Positions 54,139-60,533 of a stretch of DNA of 60,533 bases are shown in pieces. This stretch comes from an uncultured Thermoanaerobaculia bacterium (GTDB taxonomy: Bacteria; Acidobacteriota; Thermoanaerobaculia; Multivoradales; JAGPDF01): assembly GCA_964591165.1 (NCBI GenBank), contig CAZPZW010000003.1:1-60533 (forward strand), read 5' to 3'. The notes below the pieces were generated by a model. That model was given only the letters and a program-made list of their open reading frames with translations. It did not search any database and was not told where the DNA came from. The position numbers were made by a program, and so were the translations under genes. Within the stretch, counting starts at the first letter, position 1; every line of letters begins with the position of its first letter.

Positions 54139-55374
54139 ATGTACCTGCGCAACTATCTGCGCCAGTTCGTGCGGGATGTCCGCGCGCAGAAGCTGCGCCT
54201 CTTCCTGACGATCTTCGGCATCGTCTGGGGTACGGCGGCGGTGACGCTGATGCTCGCCTTCGGCCAAGGCCTGCATCGCCAGGTGATGGTGGCGCAGAAA
54301 GGGCTGGGCGACGCCATCGTGATCGCCTGGCCGTCGCGCACCAGCAAGCCCTGGCAGGGGCTGCCGCGCGGTCGCCGGATCCAGCTCGTGAACGAGGACG
54401 TCGAGCTGATGCGGCGGGAGGTCGGGGAGATCGGCCGGATCAGCGGCGAGTACTCGCAGGACGGCGCCCGCATCGCCTACGGCAAGAAGGCACTGTCGGT
54501 CGACGTCTCCGGCGCCAACGTCGAATTCGGCGCGATGCGCAGCCTCTTCCCGCAGGAGGGCGGGCGATACCTCAATCAGACGGACCTGGACGAGCGCCGC
54601 CGGGTCGTCTTCATCGGCGATCAGCTGAAGATCGATCTGTTCGGCGAGTCCGCGCCGGCGGTGGGGGAGGTGGTGCGCCTCGACGGCGTGCCCTTCACCG
54701 TGGTGGGAGTGATGGTGAAGAAGGAGCAGGACTCCTCCTACAGCGGGCGCGACAAGGACAAGGCGATCATCCCCTCGACCACCTTCCAGGCGATCTACGG
54801 CGCCAAGTACATCGAGAACTTCGTCTTCCAGGCGAAAGACGTGCAGCAGGTCGCCGCAGCCAAGAAGAAGGTGCTGGCCACCGCAGCGCACAAGTACCGC
54901 TTCGATCCGGAGGACGAGGAAGCGGTCCAGATGTGGGACACCACCGAAGGGATGAAGTTCCTCGACACCTTCTTCGTGGCGTTCCGCAGCTTCCTCGGGA
55001 TCGTCGGGGCGCTCACTCTGGTGGTGGGCGGCATCGGGGTGAGCAACATCATGAACGTGGTGGTCGAGGAGCGGACGAAGGAGATCGGCATCAAGATGGC
55101 GTTGGGCGCCAAGCGGCGCTACATCATCGGACAGTTCCTCTTCGAGACGCTGTTCATCACCGTCGCGGGCGGCCTCGCGGGATTCCTGATCTCCTGGGGC
55201 GTCTGCGCGGTCTTCCCCAAGTTCGGCCTCGAAGAGTACGTCGGTACGCCCGCGATCTCCTTCCAGGTCGCCGCGATCACCACTGGGATCCTCGGCACGA
55301 TCGGCCTGCTGGCCGGATTCTTTCCGGCGCGCCTGGCGGCCAACCTGCGACCGGTCGAAGCCCTGAGGATGTAG
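54139..55374 (+). CDS. MacB/FtsX-type ABC transporter permease
   Basis: RLFLTIFGIVWGTAAV, GIGVSNIM.V.VEERTKEIGIKMALGA, PA..AANL.PVEALR. Confidence 0.92.
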   Translation: MYLRNYLRQFVRDVRAQKLRLFLTIFGIVWGTAAVTLMLAFGQGLHRQVMVAQKGLGDAIVIAWPSRTSKPWQGLPRGRRIQLVNEDVELMRREVGEIGRISGEYSQDGARIAYGKKALSVDVSGANVEFGAMRSLFPQEGGRYLNQTDLDERRRVVFIGDQLKIDLFGESAPAVGEVVRLDGVPFTVVGVMVKKEQDSSYSGRDKDKAIIPSTTFQAIYGAKYIENFVFQAKDVQQVAAAKKKVLATAAHKYRFDPEDEEAVQMWDTTEGMKFLDTFFVAFRSFLGIVGALTLVVGGIGVSNIMNVVVEERTKEIGIKMALGAKRRYIIGQFLFETLFITVAGGLAGFLISWGVCAVFPKFGLEEYVGTPAISFQVAAITTGILGTIGLLAGFFPARLAANLRPVEALRM

Positions 55375-55376
55375 CC

Positions 55377-56633
55377 ATGACCAACCTGCCGCTCATCCTG
55401 AGGCTCTTTCGCCGCTCGGCCGGGATCAACCGCCGCCGCATGACCATGACCGTCGCGGCGATCGCCTGGGGAACCCTGTCGATCGTCCTGCTGCTCTCCT
55501 TCGGCGAGGGGCTGAAGCGGAACCTCACCAAGGGCAGTCGCGGGCTGGGCGAGGGGATCATCGTGATCTGGCCGGGCGCGACCTCGAAGGCCTTCGAGGG
55601 ATTCCCGCAGGGGCGCAATCTCCGCTTCGTGCCCGAGGACATCGCGCTGCTCGAAGCCAACATCCCGGAGATCACGCTCTCCTCGGCGGAGATGCGGCGC
55701 TGGGGCAACACGGTGACCTACGGGCGCACGTCGCTCACCAAGCCGGTCGTCGGCGTCGAGCCCTCCTACGGGCCGCTGCGCAACCAGCTGCCGCAATCGG
55801 GCGGGCGGTTCCTCAACGACCTGGACGAGCTGATGAAACGGCGCGTGGTCTTCCTCGGCGACGAGCTCAAGAAGGAGCTCTTCGCGGAGGCCGACCCGAT
55901 CGGCGAGACGATCTTCATCAACAAGGTCCCGTTCACGGTGGTCGGCATCATGCAGGACAAGATCCAGATGGGGACCTACGGCGGACCCGACGCCAACAAC
56001 GCGGTGATCCCGCTGTCGACCTTCCGCGCCCTCTTTGGCCGGCGCTACGTCTCCGATCTCGTCGTCCGGGCGGAGCGCCCGGAGCAGAACGAGGCGGTCA
56101 AGAAGCGGCTCTACGAGGTGCTCGGCGGGAAGTACCGCTTCGATCCGACCGACGAGCGCGCGCTGGCGATGTGGGACACCGTGGAGTCGCAGAAGATCAC
56201 GGCCAATATCTCGATCGGGATCGAGCTTTTCCTCGGCATCATCGGCGCCCTGACGCTGCTCATCGGCGGCATCGGCGTCGCCAACATCATGTACGCGGTG
56301 GTCAAGCACCGCACCAAGGAGATCGGCGTGCAGATGGCGCTCGGCGCCCGGCGCTCGTACGTGATCGGTCCGCTGGTCGTCGAGTCCCTGGCCCTCACCT
56401 CCACCGGCGGCGCGATCGGTATCGGCGTCGGCTTCGCGGTCGTCCAGCTGCTCGCCTTCCTGCAGTCGAAGGCCGACAGCGAGGCGCTCGAGTTCCTCGG
56501 CGCGCCGACCTTCTCCTTCGCGGTGGCGGTGACCACCGTGCTGCTGCTCGGCTCGATCGGCTTCCTGGCCGGGTACTTTCCTTCGCGCCGCGCGGTCACC
56601 ATCCAGCCCGCCGCTGCGCTGCGTTACGAGTGA
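55377..56633 (+). CDS. Second MacB/FtsX-type ABC transporter permease, 418 aa
   Basis: MTVAAIAWGT.SIVLL, GIGVANIM.AVVK.RTKEIGVQMALGA, PSRRA..IQPA.ALRYE. Start reassigned to ATG55377. Confidence 0.92.
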   Translation: MTNLPLILRLFRRSAGINRRRMTMTVAAIAWGTLSIVLLLSFGEGLKRNLTKGSRGLGEGIIVIWPGATSKAFEGFPQGRNLRFVPEDIALLEANIPEITLSSAEMRRWGNTVTYGRTSLTKPVVGVEPSYGPLRNQLPQSGGRFLNDLDELMKRRVVFLGDELKKELFAEADPIGETIFINKVPFTVVGIMQDKIQMGTYGGPDANNAVIPLSTFRALFGRRYVSDLVVRAERPEQNEAVKKRLYEVLGGKYRFDPTDERALAMWDTVESQKITANISIGIELFLGIIGALTLLIGGIGVANIMYAVVKHRTKEIGVQMALGARRSYVIGPLVVESLALTSTGGAIGIGVGFAVVQLLAFLQSKADSEALEFLGAPTFSFAVAVTTVLLLGSIGFLAGYFPSRRAVTIQPAAALRYE

Positions 56634-56642
56634 GGGCGCGCC

Positions 56643-57389
56643 ATGAACTTGTTCGTCGGACGAAACGGTAGGAAGATCCAGCCCGTGGCCGACCCCGCTG
56701 CGATCATCGACATGCGCGGCATCCGCAAGGTGTACGACACCGGCGCGATCCAGGTCGAGGCCTTGAAGGGGATCGACCTCAAGGTCGACCGCGAGGAATT
56801 CGTGGCCATCGTCGGACCGTCGGGCTCGGGCAAGTCCACCCTGCTCAACATCGTGGGCTGCCTGGACACGCCGAGCGATGGCTCCTACCGCCTCGACGGC
56901 GAGGAAGTGGCGGCGCTCGGCGCCGACTCGTTGGCCGACATCCGCAATCGCAAGGTCGGCTTCGTCTTCCAGAGCTTCAATCTGCTGCCCCAGATCTCCG
57001 CCTACGAGAACGTCGAGCTGCCTCTGCTCTTCAAGGGGGTTGGCGCTCGCGAGCGCCGGGCGCGCGTGGAGCGGCTGTTCGAGCAGGTCGGGCTCGCCGA
57101 CCGCATGCATCACAAGCCGACCGAGCTCTCCGGCGGCCAGATGCAGCGCGTAGCGATCGCGCGGGCGCTCGCCTGCGAGCCTGCGTTGGTGCTCGCCGAC
57201 GAGCCCACCGGGAACCTCGATACCAGTTCGGGGCGCGACATCATGACCCTCTTCGAGGAGCTCGCCGCGAGCGGGCACACCATGGTGCTGATCACCCACG
57301 ACAATGCCCTCGCCCAGCGCACGCGCCGCATCGTGAAGATCCAGGACGGCCGCATCGTCGAGGACCGTCCGACCGTGGTCGCCGCCTGA
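56643..57389 (+). CDS. ABC transporter ATP-binding protein (MacB/LolD-like)
   Basis: Walker A GPSGSGKS, VFQSFNLL, LSGGQMQR, ADEPTGNLD, ITHD. Confidence 0.96.
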   Translation: MNLFVGRNGRKIQPVADPAAIIDMRGIRKVYDTGAIQVEALKGIDLKVDREEFVAIVGPSGSGKSTLLNIVGCLDTPSDGSYRLDGEEVAALGADSLADIRNRKVGFVFQSFNLLPQISAYENVELPLLFKGVGARERRARVERLFEQVGLADRMHHKPTELSGGQMQRVAIARALACEPALVLADEPTGNLDTSSGRDIMTLFEELAASGHTMVLITHDNALAQRTRRIVKIQDGRIVEDRPTVVAA

Positions 57390-57445
57390 CCGGGCCTGGC
57401 CGGGGAGGGTGACGCCGGGGCTTGAGCGGCAACGAGCGCGGCCGC

Positions 57446-57451
57446 TATCCT
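57446..57451 (+). promoter_or_regulatory. -10 box TATCCT 6 nt before ATG57458 (leaderless geometry)
   Basis: TATCCT-CGGTCC-ATG, no SD. Confidence 0.5.
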
Positions 57452-57457
57452 CGGTCC

Positions 57458-58972
57458 ATGGACGCTGATGCGCGTGGTACCGAACGCAGATTCCGAGTTG
57501 CTGCCGGGCCCTGGCAGGGACGCCGCGCCCGGCAAATCGCTGGATGGGTCGCCACCTGCTGCGCCCTGTTGGTCACCGGGTGCGCGACCAACCCGGCCAC
57601 CGGCAAGAAGCAGCTGAACTTCTACAGCGAGGCGCAGGAGATCCAGCTCGGCCGCGACGCCGACCGGGAGATCAGCGCGCAGATGGGCCTGGTCGACGAC
57701 CCCGAGCTCCAGGCCTACGTGCAGCGCCTGGGCGGCAGGCTCGCGGCGCTCTCCGAGCGGCCGAACCTGCCCTGGTCCTTCAAGGTGATGGACGATCCGA
57801 TCGTCAACGCCTTCGCCCTACCCGGAGGCTTCATCTACGTGACGCGGGGGATCCTGGCTCACATGGGATCCGAGGCGGAGCTGGTCTCGGTGATCGGGCA
57901 CGAGATCGGCCACGTGACCGCGCAGCACGGAGTCAACCAGCTGAGCAAGCAGCAGGTGGCGCAGGGTGGCCTGATGGTCGGCATGATCGCCCTGCCGGAG
58001 ATCGCCGCGGCCTCCGACCTGGCCGCGGCGGGGCTCGGCGTGCTGTTCCTGAAGTACGGGCGGGACGACGAGCGGCAGGCGGACGACCTCGGACTGCGCT
58101 ACCTGGCCGGCGCCGGCTATGAAACCCGCGAGATGCCCGAGATGTTCAAGGTCCTCGAGCGAGCGGGGGGCGGGGGAGGAGGAGGACGGATTCCGAGCTG
58201 GCTCTCGACGCATCCCGATCCGGGCGCGCGTCGGGTGCGCAGCGAGTCGCTGATCGCCGAACGAAAGTACCCACCGGGCGAGATCGGCCGAGAGCCCTTC
58301 TTCGCCCAGCTCGAGAACCTGGCGTTCGGCGCCGATCCCCGCCTGGGCTATTTCGAGAAAGAGGTCTTCTACCATCCAGAGCTGCGCTTCCGGATCCGCT
58401 TCCCCGCCGGCTGGAAGACGGCCAACGAGACGACGCGCGTCGTCGGCGTCCATCCCGAGCGCCAAGCGCTGGTCGAGCTGACGCTGGCGCGTGCCGCGAG
58501 CGTGGACGAGGCGGTGCGGGCCTTCGTGGAACAGTCGGGGATCACGGTGCGTGGCAGCGGGAGCGCGGTCCGGCTCAACGGGCTCCCGGCGGCGCGGGCC
58601 GATTTCACGGTGGCCCGACAGAGCGGCAGCGAGCTCGCCGGGCGCGCACTCTTCGTCGCCGTGGGCGACAAGGTCTTCAACCTGCTCGGCCTGACCACCG
58701 CCGAACGCTGGAGCGCGCTCGAGCCCACCCTGGGCGCGGCGCTGGGGAGCTTCGCCGAGCTCACCGACCGAGCCAGGCTCGACGTGGCGCCGCAGCGCCT
58801 GGAGATCGTGCGCCTTCCGGTGGCGATGACCTTCGAGGAGGTCCTGGCGCGCTATCCGAGCGAGGCGTCGCGCGAGACGCTGATGGCGGTCAATCAGGTC
58901 GACGACCCGAAACACTCTCTCCCTGCGGGGACGCCGATCAAACGGATCGTCGGGCGGCGGGTCGGGGATTGA
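57458..58972 (+). CDS. M48 family zinc metalloprotease lipoprotein (BepA/YfgC-like) with C-terminal extension
   Basis: Lipobox VTG-C followed by ATNPATGKKQL; VNAFALPGG.IYVTRG, HEIGH, YGRDDERQAD, WLSTHP. Start 57458 preferred over TTG57422. Confidence 0.9.
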   Translation: MDADARGTERRFRVAAGPWQGRRARQIAGWVATCCALLVTGCATNPATGKKQLNFYSEAQEIQLGRDADREISAQMGLVDDPELQAYVQRLGGRLAALSERPNLPWSFKVMDDPIVNAFALPGGFIYVTRGILAHMGSEAELVSVIGHEIGHVTAQHGVNQLSKQQVAQGGLMVGMIALPEIAAASDLAAAGLGVLFLKYGRDDERQADDLGLRYLAGAGYETREMPEMFKVLERAGGGGGGGRIPSWLSTHPDPGARRVRSESLIAERKYPPGEIGREPFFAQLENLAFGADPRLGYFEKEVFYHPELRFRIRFPAGWKTANETTRVVGVHPERQALVELTLARAASVDEAVRAFVEQSGITVRGSGSAVRLNGLPAARADFTVARQSGSELAGRALFVAVGDKVFNLLGLTTAERWSALEPTLGAALGSFAELTDRARLDVAPQRLEIVRLPVAMTFEEVLARYPSEASRETLMAVNQVDDPKHSLPAGTPIKRIVGRRVGD

Positions 58973-60222
58973 GCCGCCGCCGGCCGCTCGCTGCGCTGGC
59001 TGCGGTTGCGGCGGGTTTCCTGGTCGCTCTGGCGCTCGCCGAAGGGGGGCTCCGCTGGCTGGCGCACTCGGCGGTCCGCCGACCGGCTCCGGCGGACTAC
59101 GGCGACGTTCACGGCACCACGCTGGGCGAGGGCGGCATGCTGGTCCCGCGATTCGCCGGCGAGGTGCAGGACGGCTCCGGCGGTACGGTTGCCTGGCGCA
59201 ACGAGGCGCACGGCTTTCGCGCCGACGGCGACGTGGCGCGTTCTCCGGCGGCAGGAACGTGGCGCCTGCTGTCGCTGGGAGATTCCTTCACCGCAGGTTA
59301 CCGGGTAGGGCAGCAGGAGCACTTCTCGCGCCAACTGGAGCGCGAGTGGAATCAGACGCCCGGGCTTCCTCGGCTCGAGGTCTTGGTGGCCGCCATCGAG
59401 CAACCGGCGACGGCCCTGGACTATCTGGCCCGCTTCGGCCTCGACTTCGGACCCGACCTCGTCCTGCTGGGCGTGACGCTGGGCAACGATCTCGACCAGA
59501 GCTACGTGGCGCTCGCTCCGGCGGGGGACTACCGCCTCCGCCCTGGCGAGGACCCGCCGATCGTGCTCAATCCAGACCGCGACCCTCAGATCGAAGTCGA
59601 ACGGCTGCAGGAGTTGGCGCTGTCCGCCGAGTGCAGCGATCCGACCGCGGCCAGGGCACTTCGGGGCGCCGACGGGCGCAGCCGTTTCCACCTGGTGGAG
59701 CTCGTGCGGAGGCTCGCGGCGGAACGCCGTGGCCGTGAGGGTGAGGCCGTCGCACCCCACTTCGGGGACTTCGCGCACCCCCGCCTCTTCGACGGGAACG
59801 GCCTCGGCGGCTGCCTCAGGAAAGCTCCGGCCGAGATCGACCTGGCGTGGGAGCGTCTGGCTGAGCTTCTCGCGGCGACCCGGGACTTGGTGGAGCGCCA
59901 GGGCTCGCGCCTGGCCCTGGTGCCATTTCCCCAGCGCTATCAGGTGGCTCGGGCCGACTGGGAGGCGACGGTCGCCGCCTACGGACTGGTCCCCGCCTGT
60001 TTCGATCTGCAGTTGCCGCAACGCCGCCTGGCAGCCCTCGGGGAGAGGCTGGGTGTGCCGGTGCTCGATCCGACGGCGGTCCTCGAGGCCGCCGCGGGCG
60101 CCGGTCAGGCCCTGTACCTGCCGCGCGGCGACATGCACTGGAGCGCCGCTGGACATCGAGCGGTGGCGCGAGCTCTGGCGCCCCACCTCCGCGAGCTCCT
60201 CGCGGGAGATCCGCCGCGCTAG
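58969..60222 (+). CDS. Membrane-anchored SGNH/GDSL hydrolase-like protein (AlgJ/AlgX-type)
   Basis: N-terminal TM; NE.GFR.D, LGDSFT.G, TLGND, DMHW..AGH; TTGA overlap with the M48 gene. Confidence 0.8.
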   Translation: MSRRRPLAALAAVAAGFLVALALAEGGLRWLAHSAVRRPAPADYGDVHGTTLGEGGMLVPRFAGEVQDGSGGTVAWRNEAHGFRADGDVARSPAAGTWRLLSLGDSFTAGYRVGQQEHFSRQLEREWNQTPGLPRLEVLVAAIEQPATALDYLARFGLDFGPDLVLLGVTLGNDLDQSYVALAPAGDYRLRPGEDPPIVLNPDRDPQIEVERLQELALSAECSDPTAARALRGADGRSRFHLVELVRRLAAERRGREGEAVAPHFGDFAHPRLFDGNGLGGCLRKAPAEIDLAWERLAELLAATRDLVERQGSRLALVPFPQRYQVARADWEATVAAYGLVPACFDLQLPQRRLAALGERLGVPVLDPTAVLEAAAGAGQALYLPRGDMHWSAAGHRAVARALAPHLRELLAGDPPR

Positions 60223-60339
60223 GTTCGGCGTGGGCGGGCTCGCCCAGAGGGTGTCTTCCGCGGTCTGGCGAGGCACGCGCAGCGCGTGACATCCTCCCCG
60301 TCCTGGCCCGAGCACGGAGAGGTCAGAAGGAGCCATGGA

Positions 60340-60533
60340 ATGAGCCGAAACGCAGAACGCGAGCGACTCGCCGCCGCGCGCTCGAACGGCGTGGCCTGGA
60401 AGCTCTGGGGTCCCTATCTCAGCGAGCGGCAGTGGGGCACGGTGCGCGAAGACTACAGTGACTCCGGGGACGCCTGGAACCACTTCACCCACGACCAGGC
60501 GCGCTCGCGCGCCTACCGCTGGGGCGAGGACGG
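60340..60533 (+). CDS. 5' fragment of an MGH1-like (GH63-related) glucosidase; runs off the window
   Basis: My translation: [64 protein letters not shown]; SD AAGGAG 7 nt upstream. Confidence 0.88.
   Translation, partial: MSRNAERERLAAARSNGVAWKLWGPYLSERQWGTVREDYSDSGDAWNHFTHDQARSRAYRWGED

Noticed and set aside
58163-58185. G-rich run in the M48 gene as a phase-variable tract
   Set aside because: The longest pure run is about 6 G, and the stretch is explained by a poly-Gly linker.
1-60533. CRISPR array, IS elements, prophage, rRNA
   Set aside because: No regularly spaced repeats, no transposase, integrase or phage structural motifs, and no rRNA-like sequence; nearly all of the window is accounted for by CDSs.

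Overview
High-GC, gene-dense chromosomal backbone with about 47 CDSs and one tRNA. I found no IS, integrase, prophage, rRNA or CRISPR array. The protein repertoire, especially a C-terminal 'CL.GGRF.V.V.W...AFATCP' domain, suggests Acidobacteriota, probably class Thermoanaerobaculia (inference). Housekeeping genes: tRNA-Leu(UAA), dnaB-alr-radA, purC, moaA, malQ, speA, lhr, osmC, murJ, trmL, a sulfurtransferase-SufE pair, ABC transporters, glycosyltransferases and glycosidases. The strongest novelty candidate is a 666-aa 'hypothetical' protein (11572-13572, minus). Its C-terminal part carries the full ordered motif set of a class III nucleotidyl cyclase, with a non-canonical transition-state residue, a large insertion and an unrecognised N-terminal region. 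It lies head-to-tail with purC, which contains a G11 tract, and with an intact EAL-only phosphodiesterase. Other notable items: a catalytically dead S9-peptidase lipoprotein beside a Ser/Thr kinase and a TPR-PDZ protein; two divergent genes sharing one CATG; several leaderless-type promoters; two identical two-codon uORFs overlapping start codons; and a GT4 gene that needs a non-canonical start. All calls come from motif reading by eye, with no database searches. Many ORF-track starts were corrected to downstream starts.
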